Below, one piece after another: positions 44,340 through 53,783 of a DNA stretch of 64,000 nt. Source of the DNA: Bacteroidia bacterium (GTDB taxonomy: Bacteria; Bacteroidota; Bacteroidia; M30B66); assembly GCA_965279035.1 (NCBI GenBank), contig OZ257142.1:3488001-3552000 (forward strand), written 5' to 3'. Made by a program: the position numbers and the translations under genes. Numbering within the stretch: the stretch's first letter is position 1; every line of letters starts with the position of its first letter. The notes beneath the pieces are model-generated. The model did no database searches, was not told the DNA's origin, and worked only from the letters and a program-made list of their open reading frames with translations.

Positions 44340-45840
44340 TTTCAGTTTGCTCGTTTTGTTTTACTTCTTCGTTGATTGCGTTATCAACTCTAGCTTCATT
44401 TTCAACTTCTTCTTTTGCACCAACTCTTTTGAAAGTTATGCTACTCTTATCTTTAATTGATACGAGTATTAAATCATCTTGATTGATTTTTTCGATTTTG
44501 TAAAACAGTTCTTTATTTGGATAGGAAAGATTGACGGTATTTCCTTTATCTGTAAATTTTACAACACCTTTTGAAACTTTATCATTAATAATTTCAATGA
44601 AGGTGTGTTTGCCCAAAAAGGAATGTTCAAAAAAGAATATTTGCTCTTGGTATGAAGTATTTTTCCAACGTTTCCCGAACAAGTTCAAATTTCTGAAATA
44701 CTTTGGTTTTGAAAATAAACCAATTAATAATAATAGTAAGATTGTCCCAATTGATACGCCTAAATAGGTGAAAAATTCTTTGTTTATTGCAGTGTCATTT
44801 TCTGTGATTTCATAGTGTTTCCCATAACTTGAATAATATACTGCCCAATCTTCCGTATTTATGTTTGCACTGTGGTCGTCAGAACTGTTCCAAGAAGGGG
44901 CGAAAATTCCAGAAGAAGAATATTGCTTTGGACTAGTGTTGTCCATATAGAAATATTCGTTTCTAATGTCGGAGAAGTTGGAAATGTCAACATATTTTCC
45001 AGGCGTGTATGCTCCTGATGATTTCTTATCGTCTTTTGTAAAATACTCAAAAGCTTCTGTGTAGCATTGTCGAACTGGCAACCTGTAATTACTTGAATAA
45101 TAACCTCCACCAACTTTCATTTTTTCACCCCACCCCATATCCATATATTCAGGTTCTACATATCTTCCAGATGATTTTTTATAACCCATATCACCTGATG
45201 AAAAAGTTTCTACATCATAACCGTCATCATTTTGTTTTGTGAGTTGCTTTATTGTGAAACCACCACTGGATGCTTTATAAATAGTGTAAAGCTTTTCTCG
45301 TTCCCACCAATCTTGGAAAAGGCTTGAATATCCGTCATCGTTTTTATTTTTTGATTTTGAATATCCTGTTTCTTCAAGCTCACCTTGTGTCAAGGAATGA
45401 ATACCGTCAAGAACAACAGTTTTGCCGTCAAGAATATTGTCAACCTTTGAGTAAATCTCTTTTTTCAATTTCTGCTTTTTGTTATTTGAAATTAAATATG
45501 CGGAGAGAGCAGCGGCTCCAATTAACAAAAAAGCTACTGAATATATTTTGAATGAAGCCCAAAATTTCACATTGCTATCTTCTACAAGAATTTTCTTTTC
45601 TTCTTTGGCTTCATCTTGAACTTGAATTGTTGAATTTGTCGAGTTGTCAATAATTGGAGGTGGAGGCGGTGTTTTTTTGAGAAGTCCTTTAAGTTCTTCT
45701 ACTTCCTTAACTGGTTTCCAATTTTCAAAACCGTCAGCCCAAACTAAGGTATCGGGTTTCAAACCAACTGTCCTTAGTTGGTCAATGCTAAAAGGTCCTT
45801 TTTGTTCCTTTTCGTCTAAGTAATAAAATTCTTTTTCCAT
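44320..45840 (-). CDS. GYF_2 (DUF4339) domain membrane protein
   Basis: N-terminal QKGPFS...L...TLVW..G...W, proline linker, two TM segments. Confidence 0.8.
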   Translation of the reverse strand: MEKEFYYLDEKEQKGPFSIDQLRTVGLKPDTLVWADGFENWKPVKEVEELKGLLKKTPPPPPIIDNSTNSTIQVQDEAKEEKKILVEDSNVKFWASFKIYSVAFLLIGAAALSAYLISNNKKQKLKKEIYSKVDNILDGKTVVLDGIHSLTQGELEETGYSKSKNKNDDGYSSLFQDWWEREKLYTIYKASSGGFTIKQLTKQNDDGYDVETFSSGDMGYKKSSGRYVEPEYMDMGWGEKMKVGGGYYSSNYRLPVRQCYTEAFEYFTKDDKKSSGAYTPGKYVDISNFSDIRNEYFYMDNTSPKQYSSSGIFAPSWNSSDDHSANINTEDWAVYYSSYGKHYEITENDTAINKEFFTYLGVSIGTILLLLLIGLFSKPKYFRNLNLFGKRWKNTSYQEQIFFFEHSFLGKHTFIEIINDKVSKGVVKFTDKGNTVNLSYPNKELFYKIEKINQDDLILVSIKDKSSITFKRVGAKEEVENEARVDNAINEEVKQNEQTENEETNK

Positions 45841-45880
45841 ACTGTCAATTTTATTCGTGTCTGTCTTTTAAAATGGCTGG

Positions 45881-46007
45881 TAACGCTCCGCGTGCAACTC
45901 GAGGTTTGGGAATTGGTTTGCAGAATGCTTTAGTTTAGACGAATATAGCAAGAAAATTAAAATGATTTAACTAAGCACAATGCCCAAATCTTGAGTGCAC
46001 GCTGTTA
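45881..46007. repeat. attC-like repeat 21 (family A)
   Basis: taac...gtta palindrome. Confidence 0.88.
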
Positions 46008-46450
46008 TAAGATGCGCGCCAACTCAGCCAATGCGTGAAAAGCAAAGTTCAATCAAAATAAGCCATTTCAAAATCTTCATCACAAAGAAGCATTCCCAAA
46101 ACGCTGAGCAGATTTGTTTGCATTCTAAGCTGAATATAGAATTTGAAAATCTCTAATGCCTTTTCTTTATACTCATTCTCGAGGCCATTTTTTATGGATC
46201 TCGCTCACCAAAATAGCAAAGGCATTTTCATTCGATTTCATTCTAGTAAAATATCAAGCAAACAAAGCCGTGAAAAATATTTCTGCTGATTTTGACTTCT
46301 GCCCTATTCTTGGCTTATTTTGAACTTGCAAAATCTAAGGCGATTTTTTCTATTCGATTCCAGTTAAAATAGCTTTTCCAAATTGACTGAAAAATTCATT
46401 TGTGCAAAATGATAGCCGACTTTGCGGAAGAGATTCGCGTTTCTTATAAC
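46004..46450. repeat. Non-coding cassette X, copy 7
   Basis: Homologous to copy 1. Confidence 0.85.
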
Positions 46451-46571
46451 GGTCCGGCGATTTGCAGATGCGCGGAACAGTTTACTCAAATGTATCAAAA
46501 CAAACGAAATGTTGAAAACAGAAGAATGACTTAGAGAACGAAAATGCCCGCGTATCGCAAATTGCCTGTTA
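46447..46571. repeat. attC-like repeat 22 (family C)
   Basis: taac...gtta palindrome. Confidence 0.88.
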
Positions 46572-47036
46572 GCGGATAGTAAGGTCAAGCCCGCAAATGG
46601 TTTCCGCAAATTTCCATGAAATAAAAGCCTTTTATCATTCTGCCTTTCATACAAAAGAAGCGATTACGATTTCTCAAATTCAGTTTCTCATCACTTTTTC
46701 ATTTCAAATTCTTCGATTCAAGTTTCGTCAATTTTGCATTTGAAAATCTGTTAAAACTGAATTCTGTTTTAGTTTGTTCAATCAAATTCTTTAATTGATT
46801 TCGATTGCAAATATCTTCAGCGATGTTTCATTTGATTTCAAGAACAAACTAAAACTCCTGGAATTTCATTTCGCTGAATTTTGTTTCCGATTCTGTTTCA
46901 TGGCTTTTATTGAAAACTCGATATAGGCATTTTGATTCTCGATTTCTCTTGATTATCAAATGCCGCGAAAGTCTGAGAAGTTTCATTCTCTCAAATGCCG
47001 ATGCCGGCTGTGCGTGCAAACCTTATTTCCGCTAAC
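46568..47036. repeat. Non-coding cassette Z, copy 2 (diverged)
   Basis: gttagcgga...tccgctaac; same internal stems as 37147-37692. Confidence 0.8.
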
Positions 47037-48301
47037 CTTTAGACTTGCAGTCAAAGATTTTAGCTGATAAATTTACCATAAATAAATGTAGTTAACCGAA
47101 AGCAGGGCGACCTATGCGCTAACAAGGATAATAGGCCTATGGAACGATATAGTGCCCTACTTTCTGGTTATTTAAGCCTCAGATAGATATTCGGGATTCA
47201 GGCCCATTATAAAGGTTTTGAGGTACAAATAACCATTGGTTAATCCGTTTTGCTAATTATAAAATTATGAATTCAAACCAGAACAACCAAAAACATTTTG
47301 TAGGAACAGATGTTTCAAAAGAAACACTTGATGTAACGATCTTTTTCAACTCCTCAATGCATTTTCATCAGCAATTTTCAAATGACAGCAAGGGCTTTAA
47401 GCAATTGCTGAAATGGCTAGAAACCTATCCTGAATTCAGTTTTGAAAATACTTTATTCTGCATGGAACATACAGGAATTTACACTCGTCAGTTTGTTGAA
47501 TTCCTCCTTTCGAAAGAAGCAAAGGTATGGATGGAGTCGGCACTGCATTTAAAGCGTTCTATGGGCATGACAAGGGGCAAAAGTGATAAGATCGATTCAC
47601 TGCGAATTGCACGCTATGCAATGACTCATCAGGACCAAGCCAGGCTCGTAAATCTTTCCAATAAAACATTGTTGCTTATCAAAGACCTTATGAGTGCAAG
47701 AGAGCGGAGTAAAAAGGCCTACCAGTCCATAAAAGTCTCCATTGATGAAATGCAAAGAGTCGATGCAGCAACAGCAAAAGAGCTCTTGAGGATTAATAAA
47801 CCAGCCCTTTCTGGATTATTGAAAAGCAAGATGGCGTTGGAAAAACGGATGATGGAATTAATAGCGATGGATCCTGAACTGAACGAGCTATTTGAGCTGG
47901 TTACTTCTGTCAAAGGTGTGGGTAATGTATTGGCAACCGAACTGATTGTTTATACACATGCATTTAAAAGAATGGATGAAGCCAAACAACTGGCCTGCTA
48001 TTGCGGAGTCGCTCCTTTTTCTCATACTTCCGGCACGAGTGTGCATGGAAGAAATGGAACTTCAAACTTTGCTAACATGGGACTTAAATCAACTTTACAC
48101 TTGGCTGCACTTTCTTCAATTCGTTACGTACCTGAGCTTAAAACATATTATCAGAGGAAAGTAGCTGAGGGAAAATCCAAAATGAGCGTAATTAATGCCG
48201 TGCGGAATAAACTGTTGCAACGTGTCTTAGCAGTGGTAAAAAGAGGAACGCCTTACCAAGAAAATTATCAAGTAAATTAATTTGGAAAACTCATAGATAT
48301 C
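47037..48301 (+). mobile_element. IS110-family element, copy 3
   Basis: Same 1265 bp element at TAAC|GTTCC. Confidence 0.93.
47267..48280 (+). CDS. IS110 recombinase
   Basis: Identical to 5468-6481. Confidence 0.95.
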   Translation: MNSNQNNQKHFVGTDVSKETLDVTIFFNSSMHFHQQFSNDSKGFKQLLKWLETYPEFSFENTLFCMEHTGIYTRQFVEFLLSKEAKVWMESALHLKRSMGMTRGKSDKIDSLRIARYAMTHQDQARLVNLSNKTLLLIKDLMSARERSKKAYQSIKVSIDEMQRVDAATAKELLRINKPALSGLLKSKMALEKRMMELIAMDPELNELFELVTSVKGVGNVLATELIVYTHAFKRMDEAKQLACYCGVAPFSHTSGTSVHGRNGTSNFANMGLKSTLHLAALSSIRYVPELKTYYQRKVAEGKSKMSVINAVRNKLLQRVLAVVKRGTPYQENYQVN

Positions 48302-48423
48302 GTTCCGCACACACTTGAAGTGCCAAATGAAATGAGCAGAATGCTTTAGATTAAACGAAAGTAACAAAGAAAACGGATGATTCAATACAGCGGAAAGCTT
48401 GGCATTTCTAGTGTGTGCTGTTA
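48301..48423. repeat. attC-like repeat 23 (family B variant), IS110-interrupted
   Basis: Its TAAC is at 47033-47036. Confidence 0.85.
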
Positions 48424-48434
48424 GTGGCTGGTGT

Positions 48435-49349
48435 TTAGTTATCAATAAATTTATTGCTCTTACTTATGTTACACTCTTCACATAAAGTTTGAAGATTATT
48501 GAGTTCTGTTAATCCTCCGAGTGAAAAAGGTGTTTTATGATCTATATGTAACTTAATATCATCTTTTGCAGAGCGACCACAAGCAATACATTTAAAATTA
48601 TCTTTTTTAAATACTTTATATCTCATGCTTAAAGGAATAGATCTCTTAGACTTATTCTCAATAACTTTTAATGGCAACTCATCAATATCATTATCATCCA
48701 CTTCATTTATGGAATCAAACTTATTAAAGTTGGGTAATATTTCTAACTGATAACCTTTGTTTCCTTGAAAATGACCTTTAATTATTGAAACAACAATAAA
48801 ATCATTTAAGAATTTTTCAGGTGAAGTATTAACCAATTCTTCTGATTGTGGATCAAAAATCCCTAAAATGATATCATTATTTTCTGTTATTTCAAATCCT
48901 AGATTTCTTAACATGTCACAAAATACAATTTGTTTTTGTCTACGATGAGCTTGGGCTCGTTTATCGTCGCCATCATATCGTTCTGCGAATTTTATTTTTT
49001 GTGTAAGGAAAATTACATTATCACTTTCTTTCTCTGTTGTTAAATTTAAAGAAAATGTCATTCCTACAGATTTATTAGCTTTTGTATAGCAAAATAGTCT
49101 GTAATGATTTGATGTGTTTTCATATAACTGAACTGAAACCTGCAATTCTCCTTGTAGAATAGGAAATGTGTATTCATGAATATTCCCTAATAATTGAAAA
49201 TCCGATTGATTGTATTGAATTACATCTTTAACACCTTGACTTCCTTGTAAAATAAATTTACCAATTGAAATTTGATCCGGTAATTCTGTTTTTGCCAATA
49301 ATAAAGCGAACTTAATTGCATCTAAATGATATTCTTCAAGATTGTCCAT
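48435..49349 (-). CDS. HNH endonuclease, cassette copy 2
   Basis: Protein identical to copy 1. Confidence 0.85.
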   Translation of the reverse strand: MDNLEEYHLDAIKFALLLAKTELPDQISIGKFILQGSQGVKDVIQYNQSDFQLLGNIHEYTFPILQGELQVSVQLYENTSNHYRLFCYTKANKSVGMTFSLNLTTEKESDNVIFLTQKIKFAERYDGDDKRAQAHRRQKQIVFCDMLRNLGFEITENNDIILGIFDPQSEELVNTSPEKFLNDFIVVSIIKGHFQGNKGYQLEILPNFNKFDSINEVDDNDIDELPLKVIENKSKRSIPLSMRYKVFKKDNFKCIACGRSAKDDIKLHIDHKTPFSLGGLTELNNLQTLCEECNISKSNKFIDN

Positions 49350-49379
49350 AGTAAAATGATAGTTAAAAACACTTGCCAC

Positions 49380-49503
49380 TAACGCTTCGGCGATTTACGA
49401 TGCGCGGAACAGTTTACCCAAATGTATCAAAACAAACGAAATGATTCAAACAGAAAAATGACTTAGAGAACGAAAATGCCCGCGTATCGCAGATTGCCTG
49501 TTA
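49380..49503. repeat. attC-like repeat 24 (C'/C chimera)
   Basis: Left arm of family C', loop and right arm of family C. Confidence 0.85.
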
Positions 49504-49884
49504 TTTGATGCGCGCCAAGTCCGATTCAGTTCTAGCAAAGATTCCAAGCAAAAAAAGCGATTTGAATACACATTCTGAAATAAGCCAAAACCCAATCATC
49601 AAATTTCCTGTGTTTGTCGCCTTCAATTCTCTGGTTGATTTCATCAATCCATTAATTTGATTTTATCAGCAGTTCATTCCAGGCATATGGCGACAAACTT
49701 TTCAAAAACCTCTCAAATGGTTTTTGCCTTTCAATCAAATGCCGAGCTTTTTTTTATCAAGAGCGATTAGACATTCGTTTATTACTTTATTTATTCCTGA
49801 TAGCCGAAACTTCCTTTCGCCTTTTATGATTTATCTGAGAACAATGCGAATGGCGAGTTTGGAAAATTTCGCGTTTCAAATAAC
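49500..49884. repeat. Non-coding cassette Y, copy 5
   Basis: Homologous to copy 1. Confidence 0.85.
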
Positions 49885-50006
49885 GCTTCGGCGATTTACG
49901 ATGCGCGGAACGGTTGAAACCAAATGTATCAAAAGAAACGAAATGATTCAATTAGCACTGTTGTTTTAGAGAATGAAAATGCCCGCGTATTGTAAATTGC
50001 CTGTTG
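49881..50006. repeat. attC-like repeat 25 (family C')
   Basis: Copy of repeat 11. Confidence 0.88.
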
Positions 50007-50220
50007 TACGTTGTGCTTTACTCTATTGTATATTATTAGAGTTTCAATTTTCAGGCATTGGACATATTTGACAGTTTAATAGTGTCTTTCATTCTCTTGG
50101 GCTTTGTTAAATACTATTTGTGATCTAATTTATTTGGGCACTTTTCTTATTTCTTCTCCTTAGTGTTTAATCTTTTTGGGCGTTTTTTTCACAACTGGAC
50201 ACACCTCTCCCATCTACGTT

Positions 50221-51432
50221 TTATGCAGCAATTTTTTCAGCCTGTTTTTTAAGCTCTTTTTTCTTGTAAATAAACCATTTCACACTTCCTTTTGATGCCC
50301 GAGTATCTATATACTGCATTGGACCATTGCACTCAATACAGACTTTTGTATCGGTAAAGTCTATTACTTTTTGTCCGCTTTCATTGGATTTGGGCTTTTC
50401 TCTAAAGGCCTGGGCTATTTTCGTTTTTGTTGAGTATAAGCCGTAATACCTTACCAATCGAGAATTTGGTAGCGGAACATGTTGTAATAACAAAGGGAAA
50501 AAATCGCGATAATGAAGTGTTAATTCCTTTTCTATTGCCTTACCATTTGCATCTTTCTCTTTATAGTCTTTGTATCTAAAACTGATGTATTCACCTTCAA
50601 TATTGGTTATTTTATATTCACTCAAACATGCTCGTTTTGAATACCTTCCAATATATCGAATGACCTGCTCTGGAATATTCATCGGATCTTCCAAATGAAT
50701 GATCCACTGCTTTTCTACGAGCGTTGATATGAATTGATTAAATTCATTTTCGTTTGCAAAATGGTGTTTAAGATTTTTGCTGAAATAGTGTTCTGACAAA
50801 GCCTTAATAAAACCTTTTCTGAACGTTTCTTTTAAATCCAAATAGCCAACATGTGTTTTTACTGGTATTGATTTTAACTGTTTGGTTTTCTTATCGATTC
50901 CACCCCAGCTTACAATCATATGAACGTGAACATGCAAATTCTTTTTCTCTCCATAAGTATGCAACACAGATATCACTCCCGCCTGTACTCCATACTGATT
51001 TAAAATATAATCCTTCATCGTATTGCTTGCCAGTGACATTAGCGTATCGAAGAAGAATTTTTTATTGAGTTTAATCAGCGGATTTAATGCATGAGGTAGT
51101 GTCATGACCACATGCCGATGCGGAACATTGACAAGCTTATCATAAACACGATCTGCCCATTTGAGCGTATCTGTCCAACTACAGTTTGGGCAAAAACGAT
51201 TTTTACAACTGTGATAGATCTCTGCTATATATCCACAGTCTTTACATCGATAGCGGTCTTTGCCCAACTTGCTCGTACGGCATATTCTTAATGCATTGAC
51301 TGCTTTGTATTGCTCAGGCGTTATAAACGCTTTAGGCGATGCTGAATACGCTGGCCAATGGGCATTAAAAAACTCTGCTAATGTGAATCGCTTTTCAAAA
51401 GTCTTTGCTTTTGAATGAGACTGCTCGCACAT
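50221..51432 (-). CDS. IS91-like Y2 HUH transposase, cassette copy 2
   Basis: Identical to copy 1. Confidence 0.9.
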   Translation of the reverse strand: MCEQSHSKAKTFEKRFTLAEFFNAHWPAYSASPKAFITPEQYKAVNALRICRTSKLGKDRYRCKDCGYIAEIYHSCKNRFCPNCSWTDTLKWADRVYDKLVNVPHRHVVMTLPHALNPLIKLNKKFFFDTLMSLASNTMKDYILNQYGVQAGVISVLHTYGEKKNLHVHVHMIVSWGGIDKKTKQLKSIPVKTHVGYLDLKETFRKGFIKALSEHYFSKNLKHHFANENEFNQFISTLVEKQWIIHLEDPMNIPEQVIRYIGRYSKRACLSEYKITNIEGEYISFRYKDYKEKDANGKAIEKELTLHYRDFFPLLLQHVPLPNSRLVRYYGLYSTKTKIAQAFREKPKSNESGQKVIDFTDTKVCIECNGPMQYIDTRASKGSVKWFIYKKKELKKQAEKIAA

Positions 51433-51435
51433 CTT

Positions 51436-51705
51436 TTATTCATAATTACCATCATCCAAAACTTCCAGAGCGATGCCATAAGCTTCAAAGGAATCAGGTG
51501 CGATAAGCTCACGTTTACCCGCCTTTTCACCATAAATATTGTCGTCCTCATCGATTACTATCGTGTCATACAAGGAAAACAACTTCTCAACTTCCTCATC
51601 GAAATCTTCATAATTAGGAAAGCCGTCATCATCTGTAAATAGTTGAAACTGATCTCCATCATTGAAGATATAAAATTGTGCTTTGTTTAGTTTTAATTCT
51701 CTCAT
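51436..51705 (-). CDS. Small acidic protein, copy 2
   Basis: Identical to 36699-36968. Confidence 0.7.
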   Translation of the reverse strand: MRELKLNKAQFYIFNDGDQFQLFTDDDGFPNYEDFDEEVEKLFSLYDTIVIDEDDNIYGEKAGKRELIAPDSFEAYGIALEVLDDGNYE

Positions 51706-51763
51706 AATGTATGTTGTATAAATTGATAATCTTATAATGGTAACGCGATAAAAGCATTACGTA

Positions 51764-51889
51764 CAACGCTTCGGCGATTTACGATGCGCGGAACGGTTGA
51801 AACCAAATGTATCAAAAGAAACGAAATGATTCAATTAGCACTGTTGTTTTAGAGAATGAAAATGCCCGCGTATTGTAAATTGCCTGTTG
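51764..51889. repeat. attC-like repeat 26 (family C')
   Basis: caac...gttg palindrome. Confidence 0.88.
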
Positions 51890-52102
51890 TACGTTGTGCT
51901 TTACTCTATTGTATATTATTAGAGTTTCAATTTTCAGGCATTGGGCATATTTGACAGTTTAATAGTGTCTTTCATTCTCTTGGGCTTTGTTAAATACTAT
52001 TTGTGTTCTAATTTATTTGGGCAATTGTATTTATTTCTTGTCTTTCCGTTTAGTCTGTTTGGGCGTTTTTTCATAACAGGACACACCTCTCCCATCTACG
52101 TT

Positions 52103-53314
52103 TTATGCAGCAATTTTTTCAGCCTGTTTTTTAAGCTCTTTTTTCTTGTAAATAAACCATTTCACACTTCCTTTTGATGCCCGAGTATCTAAATACTGCA
52201 TTTGACCATTGCACTCAATACAGACTTTTGTATCGGTAAAGTCTATTACTTTTTGTCCGCTTTCATTGGATTTGGGCTTTTCTCTAAAGGCCTGGGCTAT
52301 TTTCGTTTTTGTTGAGTATAAGCCGTAATACCTTACCAATCGAGAATTTGGTAGCGGAACATGTTGTAATAACAAAGGGAAAAAATCGCGATAATGAAGT
52401 GTTAATTCCTTTTCTATTGCCTTACCATTTGCATCTTTCTCTTTATAGTCTTTGTATCTAAAACTGATGTATTCACCTTCAATATTGGTTATTTTATATT
52501 CACTCAAACATGCTCGTTTTGAATACCTTCCAATATATCGAATGACCTGCTCTGGAATATTCATCGGATCTTCCAAATGAATGATCCACTGCTTTTCTAC
52601 GAGCGTTGATATGAATTGATTAAATTCATTTTCGTTTGCAAAATGGTGTTTAAGATTTTTGCTGAAATAGTGTTCTGACAAAGCCTTAATAAAACCTTTT
52701 CTGAACGTTTCTTTTAAATCCAAATAGCCAACATGTGTTTTTACTGGTATTGATTTTAACTGTTTGGTTTTCTTATCGATTCCACCCCAGCTTACAATCA
52801 TATGAACGTGAACATGCAAATTCTTTTTCTCTCCATAAGTATGCAACACAGATATCACTCCCGCCTGTACTCCATACTGATTTAAAATATAATCCTTCAT
52901 CGTATTGCTTGCCAGTGACATTAGCGTATCGAAGAAGAATTTTTTATTGAGTTTAATCAGCGGATTTAATGCATGAGGTAGTGTCATGACCACATGCCGA
53001 TGCGGAACATTGACAAGCTTATCATAAACACGATCTGCCCATTTGAGCGTATCTGTCCAACTACAGTTTGGGCAAAAACGATTTTTACAACTGTGATAGA
53101 TCTCTGCTATATATCCACAGTCTTTACATCGATAGCGGTCTTTGCCCAACTTGCTCGTACGGCATATTCTTAATGCATTGACTGCTTTGTATTGCTCAGG
53201 CGTTATAAACGCTTTAGGCGATGCTGAATACGCTGGCCAATGGGCATTAAAAAACTCTGCTAATGTGAATCGCTTTTCAAAAGTCTTTGCTTTTGAATGA
53301 GACTGCTCGCACAT
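52103..53314 (-). CDS. IS91-like Y2 HUH transposase, cassette copy 3
   Basis: Two substitutions near the C-terminus versus copies 1 and 2. Confidence 0.9.
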   Translation of the reverse strand: MCEQSHSKAKTFEKRFTLAEFFNAHWPAYSASPKAFITPEQYKAVNALRICRTSKLGKDRYRCKDCGYIAEIYHSCKNRFCPNCSWTDTLKWADRVYDKLVNVPHRHVVMTLPHALNPLIKLNKKFFFDTLMSLASNTMKDYILNQYGVQAGVISVLHTYGEKKNLHVHVHMIVSWGGIDKKTKQLKSIPVKTHVGYLDLKETFRKGFIKALSEHYFSKNLKHHFANENEFNQFISTLVEKQWIIHLEDPMNIPEQVIRYIGRYSKRACLSEYKITNIEGEYISFRYKDYKEKDANGKAIEKELTLHYRDFFPLLLQHVPLPNSRLVRYYGLYSTKTKIAQAFREKPKSNESGQKVIDFTDTKVCIECNGQMQYLDTRASKGSVKWFIYKKKELKKQAEKIAA

Positions 53315-53317
53315 CTT

Positions 53318-53587
53318 TTATTCATAATTACCATCATCCAAAACTTCCAGAGCGATGCCATAAGCTTCAAAGGAATCAGGTGCGATAAGCTCACGTTTAC
53401 CCGCCTTTTCACCATAAATATTGTCGTCCTCATCGATTACTATCGTGTCATACAAGGAAAACAACTTCTCAACTTCCTCATCGAAATCTTCATAATTAGG
53501 AAAGCCGTCATCATCTGTAAATAGTTGAAACTGATCTCCATCATTGAAGATATAAAATTGTGCTTTGTTTAGTTTTAATTCTCTCAT
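53318..53587 (-). CDS. Small acidic protein, copy 3
   Basis: Identical to 36699-36968. Confidence 0.7.
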   Translation of the reverse strand: MRELKLNKAQFYIFNDGDQFQLFTDDDGFPNYEDFDEEVEKLFSLYDTIVIDEDDNIYGEKAGKRELIAPDSFEAYGIALEVLDDGNYE

Positions 53588-53645
53588 AATGTATGTTGTA
53601 TAAATTGATAATCTTATAATGGTAACGCGATAAAAGCATTACGTA

Positions 53646-53771
53646 CAACGTTTTGCAGATTTGCGATGGGCGGGTTTTTTACCACAAATGTTTATGCGGA
53701 GTACTAAACTTTCAGCTACCACAAAACCGTCTGCGAAATACGAAACCCCGCCTATTGCAAATGTGCTGTTA
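53646..53771. repeat. attC-like repeat 27 (family F)
   Basis: caac-gtttt-gcagatttgcgatgggcggg...cccgcctattgcaaatgtgc-t-gtta. Confidence 0.88.
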
Positions 53772-53783
53772 CCTGCTGGCATT

